From: Chloroflexota bacterium
Lineage (GTDB): Bacteria; Chloroflexota; UBA11872; VXOZ01
Assembly (NCBI GenBank): GCA_964291655.2
Contig: OZ219801.1
Location: forward strand, 160,001 to 224,000
Length of the DNA stretch: 64,000 nt
Reading direction: 5' to 3'
Shown here: positions 1 to 10,684 of the stretch, piece by piece
Numbering within the stretch: the first letter of the stretch is position 1
Layout: every line of letters begins with the position of its first letter
Translations under genes and position numbers: made by a program
Notes under the pieces: generated by a model
Told to the model about the DNA's origin: nothing
What the model saw: only the letters and a program-made list of their open reading frames with translations
Database searches by the model: none

Positions 1-946
1 CGATTCCAAGCACACCCAGGCCGGGATTCTGGGCCTCAAATGCAATCAATGCAGCGGCAACCAAGAGGAGCACCACGCCGCCCCAGTTGATGGGCAAGGT
101 GCCGAACGCCACCAGCGCCAGTACGATGGCAATTGCTCCTACGACTGCCGGAACTATCGCCCCCGGGTTATAGAGCTCCGCAATTACAGCGTACAGTCCA
201 ATTAAGAAGAGCAAGTAGGCGGTATTGGGGTTGAAAATGAACTTGAGCACCTGCTCCGCAAAATTGTATTCCATCTCCCGCAAAGGTGCGCCTGCTACGA
301 CCAGCGTGCGTGTCCACGTAGGCGTTTGCACCTGGCGGCCGTCAAGCTTTGCGAGAAGGTCGGGCAAGTCTCGCGCAATCAAGTCTACGACATCCGACTT
401 TACCGCTTCCTCTGCAGTCATCGTCTGACTGGAGCGAACCGCCTGTTCTGCCCACTCGGCGTTCCGGTCCCGCAATTCTGCCAGACTGCGGATATATGCC
501 ACCGCTTCGTTCGTCACCTTGTCATTCATGTCGCCCATGATCTGCCCGCCGCCTGCGGAGACCGGATGGGCAGCGCCAATGTCAGTGCCCGGGGCCATTA
601 CGGCCACGTGCGCCGCCATCGCCAAGAATACGCCGGCACTCGCAGCACGGCCTCCCTGCGGATAGACGAATACGACCACCGGCACAGGCGACATGAGCAT
701 GTCCTGCACCATCGCCCGCATCGAGGAATCCAGACCACCGGGGGTATCGAGGAGGACGATGAGCACTTCCGCCTGGTCGGCAACAGCGCGATTGACCGCG
801 CGGGCGAAGAGCTGCTCAGAGGCAGGATCGATGGCGCCGGAAATCCTCACGGTGTCCACCGTACCCACGCGCTCTTGGGCAAGGGCCCCTTCAACCGATA
901 GGAGGCCCGCAACTAGCACGATGATGCCCAGCAGTACTCTTCGCAT
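1..946 (-). CDS. nfeD: NfeD-family membrane-bound serine protease (ClpP-like), runs off the window at its 3' end
   Basis: Not in the ORF track. Manual translation from ATG at 946 (GGAGG upstream) gives signal peptide MRRVLLGIIVLVAGLL, then LDTPGG, GGRAASAG, MAPGTDIGAAHP and KVTNEA, followed by hydrophobic segments. Confidence 0.9.
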   Translation of the reverse strand, partial: MRRVLLGIIVLVAGLLSVEGALAQERVGTVDTVRISGAIDPASEQLFARAVNRAVADQAEVLIVLLDTPGGLDSSMRAMVQDMLMSPVPVVVFVYPQGGRAASAGVFLAMAAHVAVMAPGTDIGAAHPVSAGGGQIMGDMNDKVTNEAVAYIRSLAELRDRNAEWAEQAVRSSQTMTAEEAVKSDVVDLIARDLPDLLAKLDGRQVQTPTWTRTLVVAGAPLREMEYNFAEQVLKFIFNPNTAYLLFLIGLYAVIAELYNPGAIVPAVVGAIAIVLALVAFGTLPINWGGVVLLLVAAALIAFEAQNPGLGVLGI

Positions 947-1182
947 CGCCACTCCTCCCCAACCTTTAACTTCATTATACTCCCGCCCAATGGCTAACGA
1001 ACCCCTATTCGCTCCCCCTGTCGCATCGCGCTTGCCCGCTCTTGCTGCCTCACTACCTATCTGTCACGATGGAAGGGAGATTGGGCTGCTGGCAGGGATT
1101 TCGAAATGTTGGCACCGCCCGTCCCAAGCGGCCAGTACACTGAAATACATGCCTTCTATTGCTTTGATCAGAAAGACAAGAT

Positions 1183-3216
<2,034 letters not shown>

Positions 3217-3262
3217 GCCCTCTTCAGTCTCCCCTTTTCGCACGGACCTACGATATACAAAG

Positions 3263-3287
3263 GGGGCACGACATGTCGTGCCCCTAC
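3263..3287 (-). repeat. GTAG-type REP-like palindrome
   Basis: Minus strand reads GTAGGGGCACGACATGTCGTGCCCC: perfect palindrome with a GTAG foot, intergenic between convergent genes. Confidence 0.7.
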
Positions 3288-3311
3288 CGAGTGTTACCTG
3301 CCGGTCAGTTC

Positions 3312-3339
3312 CGTCATTCCGGCGAAAGCCGGAATCCAG
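3312..3339 (+). repeat. Short palindromic repeat of the GTCATTCC...GGAATCCA family
   Basis: CGTCATTCCGGCGAAAGCCGGAATCCAG hairpin; degenerate relatives at 28734-28799 and 45029-45056. Confidence 0.7.
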
Positions 3340-3452
3340 ATGCCTCAAATTGGGAAAACATCCTCGCCCGTCACTTCCGTAGAAGAGGGTGCCCATCCTT
3401 GTCTCACAGTCAGCAATGCTTCTTCGGCGAAGCAGCGCAATTGCCATGGGCC

Positions 3453-4175
3453 CTACATCATGCTGCGCGCGACGTTCCCTCCGTAGGCAGACTCACCGCG
3501 CACGAGAAGCCTATAGGGATCCTGCACCCCGGCGAGTTCATCCACACTGACGTACCCCATCGTCATGCTCGTGCGCGTGCCGGTGGTCACATTCGTGCCA
3601 ACGCGGTGAAAAATCTGGCTGTCGATTACGGCCAGGCCGCCGGCCGGGCTCGGCACCGGAACTTCCTGTCTAATGATTTCGTCAGTTATGACGTCTTCGA
3701 CGCTCGACTTCGTGCCGATATTCTGAATCCAATTGAAGAGGTGAGTACCGGGCACAACGTGGGTGCAGCCGTTGTCGACGGTGGCTTCTTCCACGTAGAA
3801 CAACACCGTTACGATATCGCGCGTCCACTGGAGCACGTCGCGGTGCAGCTCCGTGCGACCGCGTGACGGGGGATTGAGCGTGGCATGGTTATGCCGGTTT
3901 GTAATGAGCTCGATGTTTGGACCCAAGAGCGACTCCAAGGAGTCGAGCACAAGCGGGCTGGTCGCGACTTCTCGAAAGATCGGGTCACGATCGAGTACCT
4001 GTGAGAGCCGGATCACGTCTCCATTCTTATCGCGGACGTACGGCTCAACCTCATTCCCTACATCATTCTGGATGGCTTCCTTGAGGCGTGCCACTGTCGC
4101 GTCGGACATGCGACCCGGCAGACGCAGGAAGCCATTGTGGCGGAAGAGCTTAACTTGATCGTCAGAAAGCGCCAT
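3453..4175 (-). CDS. Phytanoyl-CoA dioxygenase (PhyH) family Fe(II)/2OG oxygenase
   Basis: LHRD (HxD), NGCTHVVPGTH, distal FHRVG and R. Confidence 0.88.
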   Translation of the reverse strand: MALSDDQVKLFRHNGFLRLPGRMSDATVARLKEAIQNDVGNEVEPYVRDKNGDVIRLSQVLDRDPIFREVATSPLVLDSLESLLGPNIELITNRHNHATLNPPSRGRTELHRDVLQWTRDIVTVLFYVEEATVDNGCTHVVPGTHLFNWIQNIGTKSSVEDVITDEIIRQEVPVPSPAGGLAVIDSQIFHRVGTNVTTGTRTSMTMGYVSVDELAGVQDPYRLLVRGESAYGGNVARSMM

Positions 4176-4321
4176 GCTTGCACTCCTCTAGGTACTTGAC
4201 TCGGCGTTAGCAGTATTATCTATGTTACACAGGCACAATGATACGCTTCATTCCACTAACGCGCACCTGTACCGCCAAGCCGCGTACGATGCGTGCACAC
4301 CTCAACCCATTCGATTGAAAT

Positions 4322-4358
4322 AAAACCACCCGCCCTGCGAATTGGCAGGGCGGGTGGT
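4322..4358 (-). terminator. Intrinsic terminator of the solute-binding protein gene
   Basis: 14-bp stem ACCACCCGCCCTGC/GCAGGGCGGGTGGT with a T-run on the minus strand, about 35 nt after the stop at 4393. Confidence 0.85.
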
Positions 4359-4392
4359 AATTTGCGCTGAACAAGCTTGGCTGGACTGTGAT

Positions 4393-5784
4393 TTACCCGT
4401 CGATGCGGGCCTTCCACTCGTCGAGAATTGCCTGCATGTCGTGCTCGGCTGACGCCAAGCCTTCCTGTGGCGTTACCTTGCCCGAGGTCACGTCGTCGAC
4501 CAACGGGATCCGCCAGCGTCGACGCAAGGCCTCGGCTCCAGGTATACCCACGTTACCCACGCGATGCGGGATCATCTCGTTTTGCAGCAGCAAGAACGGA
4601 TCATTCTCGTGGAATTCCGCCGAGTGGGTTACGTCAATGCGAATAGGAATACGGTCGTAGCGTTTGGCGAATAGGAGGTTCCACTCGGGTCGGGCCCCAA
4701 ACTCAATGAACGCCCAGCCGCCGTCCGGGTTGGCAGCACTATTGCCAATGTGCCAGGTGTGCGTGCCACCCCAGGTCGCGTGCTTATCCGTCTCACGCGG
4801 ACGCGGATACGGCATGAAGTGGAACGTGAGATCCGGCGCATTCACGCGCAGCCACTCGCCGCGTTCGGCGTAGGTAGCCCAATAGTTGGCGATCCGGCCG
4901 TCATTGAAGTGGACGTTGGACTGAATGCCCTGGCCTCTAAGCTGCTGGACATTATCCCAGCCGCCCTGGAGATCGAAGATCTTCTTCAGCCACGTGAGCG
5001 CCTCCACCGCCTCAGGGCTGTTGATCGTAACCGTCCAGCGGTCCTCGCTAAAGCGCGAGCCGCCGAGTTGGGTCAGAGGAACGATCCACTCGTTGTGGCC
5101 GCCGCTGCCCCAGAACGGCGCATAGCCGGAGACGGTGAGCTTGCCGCCCGCATCCACCTTAGACGTCTTGGTGACTACCTCTTCCATCTCATCCCAGTAT
5201 TGGGGCGGATTCTCCGGATCGAGCCCCGCTTCCAGGTAGCTCTCTGTCCGCATATACATGACACGCAGGTCGGGAGAATAGGAGAAGCCGTAGAGCTTGC
5301 CGTCCCAGTAATTCTCTTGGAAAAGAGATCCCCAGAACGCGCTCATGTCAACGTTGGACGCCTTGACGCGCGGCAAGAGGTCGGTTGCCACACCGGTGAG
5401 ACCCCACTCCGGCGAGAACCAGTCGCCACCTGAGGCAACGTCCGGCGAAGAGCCTGCCGCAGCCGCGGTTGCAATGGTGTTCCACAGACTGGCCGGCGTG
5501 GAACCCACAACGCGGACTTTGTTGTCGTATGCCTCGCGGAACGCATTGGAAATTTCGCCACCCGTGTCGGTGCCAAAGTCGTACTTGGTGGGACTCCAGA
5601 CCGTCACCACGCCTTCAACTGCGCCCGGCTCCGTCATGGCTTCAGGCGCTTTGGCTTCCGGCTCGGCATCATCGGCCGCCGGAGCTGCCGCCGGCTGCAC
5701 ACCGCAGGCTGCAGCCAAGAGCGTAGTGGCGCCAATTCCTGTTGCCGCCAGGAAACCGCGTCGCGAAATGTGCGCTGCTTTCAC
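4393..5784 (-). CDS. Extracellular solute-binding protein (carbohydrate ABC type), Tat lipoprotein
   Basis: SRRGFL twin-arginine motif, LAAAC lipobox, Ala/Glu/Pro linker, DGKLYG, PPQYWDE, INSPEAVEAL. Confidence 0.88.
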   Translation of the reverse strand: MKAAHISRRGFLAATGIGATTLLAAACGVQPAAAPAADDAEPEAKAPEAMTEPGAVEGVVTVWSPTKYDFGTDTGGEISNAFREAYDNKVRVVGSTPASLWNTIATAAAAGSSPDVASGGDWFSPEWGLTGVATDLLPRVKASNVDMSAFWGSLFQENYWDGKLYGFSYSPDLRVMYMRTESYLEAGLDPENPPQYWDEMEEVVTKTSKVDAGGKLTVSGYAPFWGSGGHNEWIVPLTQLGGSRFSEDRWTVTINSPEAVEALTWLKKIFDLQGGWDNVQQLRGQGIQSNVHFNDGRIANYWATYAERGEWLRVNAPDLTFHFMPYPRPRETDKHATWGGTHTWHIGNSAANPDGGWAFIEFGARPEWNLLFAKRYDRIPIRIDVTHSAEFHENDPFLLLQNEMIPHRVGNVGIPGAEALRRRWRIPLVDDVTSGKVTPQEGLASAEHDMQAILDEWKARIDG

Positions 5785-5826
5785 TGTGCCCCTCCTTGCT
5801 TAAGGGTCTACTTTTTCACCGACACA

Positions 5827-5856
5827 ACAGTACCACTCTAGTGAGGATGTAGTCAA
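5827..5856 (-). promoter_or_regulatory. Putative sigma70 promoter for the SBP gene
   Basis: Minus strand TTGACT-18 nt-TACTGT with TG extension, about 40 nt before the start. Confidence 0.45.
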
Positions 5857-6018
5857 TAACCTTGCGTATACTCAGAGTCTCATAATCAAAGCGCTTCCTC
5901 TGTCAAACTGAAATGCTGGCCGCCGTACACGCACGTGTACCGCGAGCCGGTGATTTGCCTAGGTATGTACCCACAAACGTACCATTGGTATAATGTCTCT
6001 GATATCCCCCGAACACTC

Positions 6019-6963
6019 ATGGACCAGCCAGGGCTTATGCGGAAACTATTCAGCAATCAAGAGCGGCGGTTTGGCTTTTTGCCGGGACGGCAACAGCAGC
6101 CTGAGTTACCTGATGAACTTTGGGAAAAGTGCGCTGGCTGCGGCGAGATGATCTATGCGGCAGAATTCGAGCAGAATGCTCATGTCTGTCCAAAGTGCGA
6201 TCACCATGCCCGCCTGAGTGCTCGCAAGCGTGTCGCCTACCTTCTCGACGAGGGCTCTTTTGCCGAACGCGACAATGGAATGCGCTCGCGTGACATTCTG
6301 GGCTTCGAGCGGCCTGACCGCAGCTACGAACAAAAGCTTGCAGATGAAGCGGACAAAGCCGGCATTCCGGAATCAGTAGTCTACGGTACCGGCACGGTAC
6401 GAGGCGAAGACGTGGTGCTGGCCGTCATTGACACAAATTTCTTCATGGCGACAATGGGCTCGGTGGTCGGCGAGAAGATTACCCGGGCAATCGAGCTCGC
6501 CACGATAACGCGCACGCCGTTGATCATCGTATCGGCATCCGCCGGCGCACGCATGGAAGAAGGCATGTTTTCCCTCATGCAGATGGCTAAGACATCCGCC
6601 GCCTTGACTCGGCTGCACGAGGCGCGCGTACTCTACGTCTCTATCCTTACCGATCCCACGCTTGCGGGTGTTACCGCCAGTTTCGCGACGCTTGCCGATG
6701 TGATTGTCGCCGAGCCACAGGCCACGATAGGCTTTACCGGTCCGCGCCTCATTGAACAGATCACGCACGCCAAGTTGCCGGCAGGGACACACTCGGCAGA
6801 ATTCATGCTCGAGCGCGGCATGGTGGACTGTATTGTGCCGCGGGCAGACCTGCGGCGTACGCTCGCCCGCTTGATAGGCCTATACTCCCACCAGACATCG
6901 GACCCCCGCACCGACGTTGTGCCGCCGACAAACGGCAGCACGCCAGCAGAAACAGTTACCTAG
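6019..6963 (+). CDS. accD: Acetyl-CoA carboxylase carboxyltransferase beta subunit
   Basis: LWEKCAGC...CPKC zinc ribbon, TMGSVVGEKI, SAGARMEEG, LMQMAK, GFTGPRLI. Start is probably ATG 6019 or 6037, not 5935. Confidence 0.96.
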   Translation: MDQPGLMRKLFSNQERRFGFLPGRQQQPELPDELWEKCAGCGEMIYAAEFEQNAHVCPKCDHHARLSARKRVAYLLDEGSFAERDNGMRSRDILGFERPDRSYEQKLADEADKAGIPESVVYGTGTVRGEDVVLAVIDTNFFMATMGSVVGEKITRAIELATITRTPLIIVSASAGARMEEGMFSLMQMAKTSAALTRLHEARVLYVSILTDPTLAGVTASFATLADVIVAEPQATIGFTGPRLIEQITHAKLPAGTHSAEFMLERGMVDCIVPRADLRRTLARLIGLYSHQTSDPRTDVVPPTNGSTPAETVT

Positions 6964-6965
6964 CC

Positions 6966-7916
6966 ATGGCGTACGAGTTCGAACAAGCACTTGTAGACCT
7001 GCGCGAACGCATCGACTCAATGGAAGCCGATCTCAAGAACGGTGCTCCGGCCGACGCGGCGCAAGCGGTAAAGGCGCTCCGCACCGAGCTTGAGCGTCAG
7101 ACCGTTGATGTCTTCGCGAATCTCTCGCCGTGGGACCGGGTGCAGCTTGCCCGCCATTCGCAGCGACCGCGGTCACTGGATTTCATCCGCTACGCCTTTT
7201 CCGACTTTGTGGAACTCCACGGTGATCGCCACTACGGTGACGATCTGGCGATAGTCGGCGGTCCTGCCCGCCTTGGCGACACGCCGGTTATGGTAATAGG
7301 ACATCAGAAGGGCAAGGACGCCAAAGACAACCAGCAACGTAATTTTGGCATGGCGCACCCGGAAGGCTTCCGCAAGGCGCGGCGCCTCATGCTGCAGGCG
7401 GAGAAGTTCCGGCTGCCGCTCTTCACGTTTCTCGATATTCCCGGCGCCAGTCCGTTTCTGGCTGATGAGGAGCGCGGCCAAGCGTGGGCCATTGCCGAAA
7501 ACCTGCTGACGATGAGCCAATTGCGGACGCCAATCATCGTTACCGTCATCGGAGAGGGCGGCAGCGGCGGGGCCTTGGCGCTCGGCATCGGTGACCGCGT
7601 GCTCATGCTGGAATTCAGCATGTATTCGGTCGCCTCACCGGAAGGGGCAGCTTCCATTGTCTGGAAGGATTCCAAGTTTGCGCCGGAAGCGGCTGGCTCC
7701 TTGAAGCCATTTGCCCAGGACTTGGCAAAACTCGGCATTATCCACCGCATTGTACCGGAACCGGTCGGCGGCGCCCACGTGGACCCGCGCGATGCAGCAC
7801 AAATGCTCAAGTCCGCCCTGGTAGAAGAGCTAATCGCGCTCCAGGAGCTCTCGCTCCCCAGTCTCATAGACCGTCGCTACGAGTTCTATCGCTCGCTCGG
7901 CGTTGTGATTCCGTAG
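6966..7916 (+). CDS. accA: Acetyl-CoA carboxylase carboxyltransferase alpha subunit
   Basis: WDRVQLARH, ELHGDR, NFGMAHPEGFRKA, GEGGSGGALA; 2 nt after accD. Confidence 0.97.
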   Translation: MAYEFEQALVDLRERIDSMEADLKNGAPADAAQAVKALRTELERQTVDVFANLSPWDRVQLARHSQRPRSLDFIRYAFSDFVELHGDRHYGDDLAIVGGPARLGDTPVMVIGHQKGKDAKDNQQRNFGMAHPEGFRKARRLMLQAEKFRLPLFTFLDIPGASPFLADEERGQAWAIAENLLTMSQLRTPIIVTVIGEGGSGGALALGIGDRVLMLEFSMYSVASPEGAASIVWKDSKFAPEAAGSLKPFAQDLAKLGIIHRIVPEPVGGAHVDPRDAAQMLKSALVEELIALQELSLPSLIDRRYEFYRSLGVVIP

Positions 7917-8171
7917 CAGGGCCAACCGCTCACTCGCCGGACGCCCGGCTCTCGAGCCGGATTTACTCTGCGCGAAAACCTGCTCTACACGCCGAATCTC
8001 CCCCCGCCGACTGGTTGCCCGGCTGGGGCGATTCGCCGTGACAGTTCTGGGGGGCTACCTCTAACGGACTCTGGGGCCGGCTACTGCGGGTGCGACGGCT
8101 TACCTACAGCGCAGATTCTCCAGTCGAACCGATGCCATCCCGCCATGTCTGATCCAGCCTGCGCCGCAAGG

Positions 8172-9134
8172 CTAATTGGACGGATTACTCAATTCCCAAC
8201 GCAGCGCACCTTCCAGGGCGGGCTCCTCCCAGCGGAATCCTAACGCATCGAGACGGGCGGGAAGCGCCGCCTGCCCTTTGAGAATGAGTTGCTCCCCCAT
8301 CTCTCCGTACAAGGCGCTGATCGCAAAACTCGGCACGCGCGCGAACGCAGGTCGCCGCAGCACAGTCGCCAGGGCGTGGGTAAACTCCCGGTTGGTGGTC
8401 GGCTGGGGGGCCACCACGTTGATGGGTCCTAGCGCCTCCTTGGAACACACAAGGAAGTAGAGCGCGCCTATCGCGTCATCCATTCCGACCCAACTCATCG
8501 GCTGAGAACCGCTACCAACTACCCCACCTGCCCCCATGCGAAACAGCGGCAACAATCGCTTAAGCAGTCCACCCTGTGGGCTGAGAACCGCACCCAAGCG
8601 TGCATGTGCCACACGGATACCCGCATCCCTCGCCGGAGCGGCGGCATGCTCCCATGCGTCAGTCAGCTCCGCCAAGAATCCGTTACCCACCGGCGCAGAT
8701 TCGTCAACCTGATCCGCCGTGTCGCCGTAGTAGCCAACTGCTGATGCCGCCACCAAGACCGCCGGAGGCTGCGACAGTCCGGCCAAAGCGCCGCACAATA
8801 ATTCCGTGGCCTGAACGCGACTCTGCCAGATCCTGCCGCGCCGCGCCGCGGTCCAGCGCCCAGCGCCAATATTCTCACCCGCCAGGTGGATTACTGCGTC
8901 AAAGCCCTCCAGAGCCGACGCATCGATCTTCCCTGCGGCGGGGTCCCAGGAAATCTCAGCCGGCGCCGCAGCCGACCTACGTACCAGCCTGCACACCTCA
9001 TGGCCCCCACTCTCAAGAAACGGGACGAGCGTGGCGCCAATCAAACCGGACGCGCCCGTTACCAGTACTCGCTGCGGACTATCCGGACCGTGGGAAAGCC
9101 GGGCGAGATTTCGCCGTGACCGTTCTGGTGTCAT
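8172..9134 (-). CDS. TIGR01777 family NAD-dependent epimerase/oxidoreductase (YfcH-like)
   Basis: VTGASGLIG, AVIHLAGENI, SAVGYYG, GFLAEL..WE, GSGSQPMSW. Confidence 0.92.
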   Translation of the reverse strand: MTPERSRRNLARLSHGPDSPQRVLVTGASGLIGATLVPFLESGGHEVCRLVRRSAAAPAEISWDPAAGKIDASALEGFDAVIHLAGENIGAGRWTAARRGRIWQSRVQATELLCGALAGLSQPPAVLVAASAVGYYGDTADQVDESAPVGNGFLAELTDAWEHAAAPARDAGIRVAHARLGAVLSPQGGLLKRLLPLFRMGAGGVVGSGSQPMSWVGMDDAIGALYFLVCSKEALGPINVVAPQPTTNREFTHALATVLRRPAFARVPSFAISALYGEMGEQLILKGQAALPARLDALGFRWEEPALEGALRWELSNPSN

Positions 9135-9143
9135 ATCAAAGGC

Positions 9144-9407
9144 CTATTCTACTTTTCGTTGCGATGTCGCGCGACCAACGAGAGCCACCGTCCTGCTCGG
9201 TAAATCTTCGGTCCGGCCAGTCATCTCAGACTGCGACTCCACGGTCAACCGGTTGCCGAATTCTTGGGGAGAATCGTAGTTTTCATTTCCCAGCGCAAAA
9301 GGAATGCAAAGCGGACCGACGCGGAACTGCCTCTCAAGCCATGCCCAAGCCACTTCCAGGCCGTGTGGATGTGCTCTTGACCGTTCGTATACTTTCACTT
9401 TGGACAT
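9144..9407 (-). pseudogene. Probable decayed N-terminal SRPBCC-like domain of the TIGR01777 gene
   Basis: Same frame as the 9134 ORF, separated only by TAG + GCCTTTGAT; MSKVKVYERSRAHPHGLEVAWAWLER resembles SRPBCC N-termini. Confidence 0.45.
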
Positions 9408-9669
9408 AGCTATAGGGCCTTGCTCCGGAGAGCAACCGTCCCAAGAAGCGCCCATCCCTTCCTGTCCAGCGGCCAGTCTAGGTGCGAACCCACACCAAGC
9501 CCAAGATCGCCGCCTAGGCCTTTTGCAGCGCGCTCACATTGTTAGAATTATGCTCCCTGCTCAAGCGCTGCGGCAGAGCCTGGAAACCCACACAGCACTT
9601 TGCAAATACTCTTAAGCTGCTCATCTTCGAGCAACTCGGAGTAATCTTTCTCCACAAGCTGCCAGATTC

Positions 9670-10485
9670 CTACTCTAAGCCGAAGATCGTATCCAAAGAT
9701 TCAGCCATTATACGCACGCCCAACTCTGGATTGTGGCGCATGGGCCCGATCTCAACGGTTACATAGTCGTCATACCCAATCTCGTTCCACGCCTGTCGCA
9801 CGGCGGGCCAATTCACATCGCCTTCCAACAAGGTAGTAAAGTGGCCGCCGGGCCGTTGCGCAACGAAGTCCTTCACATGGCACTTCTTGATGCGCTTGCC
9901 CAGAATCCGAATCCATTGCTCCGGGTAGCCGTAGGCAAGGATATTGCCCACGTCAAAGTAAGCGCCGACGTGGGGATCATTGATTTCGTCAACGAACCGA
10001 GCAAATTCAAGCGGGCTCAGCAAGAATTTATTCCACACGTTCTCTACGCCAATCGACACGCCCAGGCTTCTCGCTTTGGGAACAAGACCCGCTAGCGCGT
10101 CGCGTGCACGGTTGTACGCATCGTCGTAGGCGGTGGTTTCATCGACCACTCCCGGCACAATGAGCAGAGTGTTCGCGCCAATCTCATGCGCCACTTCCAG
10201 CATGCGCTCGTTGATGCGCGCCGCATTGGCGCGTACGTCCGGGTCGGCAGACGTCATGAGAACCTGCCAATTCAAGCTGGTATATAAGCTGGGAAGTTCT
10301 ATACCAATTGACTCGGCATGTTTCCTGATGGTGCCCAACTCGTCGTTCGTGAGGTTGACATGCAAGTATCCTTCATTGCCAAATGTCAACTCCACACCAT
10401 CGAAGCCCGCTGCTTTAGCCGTATCGAGAATTTGCGCAGGTTGCCAGTCTTGCGGCAACGCTCCCCGGTTAAGACCCTTCTTCAT
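9670..10485 (-). CDS. Sugar phosphate isomerase/epimerase (xylose isomerase-like TIM barrel)
   Basis: AGFDGVEL, GVENVWNKFLLSPLE, YFDVGN, HVKD metal-binding motifs. Confidence 0.9.
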   Translation of the reverse strand: MKKGLNRGALPQDWQPAQILDTAKAAGFDGVELTFGNEGYLHVNLTNDELGTIRKHAESIGIELPSLYTSLNWQVLMTSADPDVRANAARINERMLEVAHEIGANTLLIVPGVVDETTAYDDAYNRARDALAGLVPKARSLGVSIGVENVWNKFLLSPLEFARFVDEINDPHVGAYFDVGNILAYGYPEQWIRILGKRIKKCHVKDFVAQRPGGHFTTLLEGDVNWPAVRQAWNEIGYDDYVTVEIGPMRHNPELGVRIMAESLDTIFGLE

Positions 10486-10684
10486 GGTTTCCCTCTACTC
10501 TTTATTGCCCCCATTTCATGTCGACTCAAGTACTAGCGCTTACCTCAAATAAGAACATCATTCCACATGAAACAGGTTTCATGTTGAGAAGTCAAAGGAA
10601 GTCTTCCTGCTTCACCCAAAAGAGGAGGTCGAGTCTCGGAGGCGTAAGTACAGTCCTTGGACATGACCCAAGTCAACGCCACAA

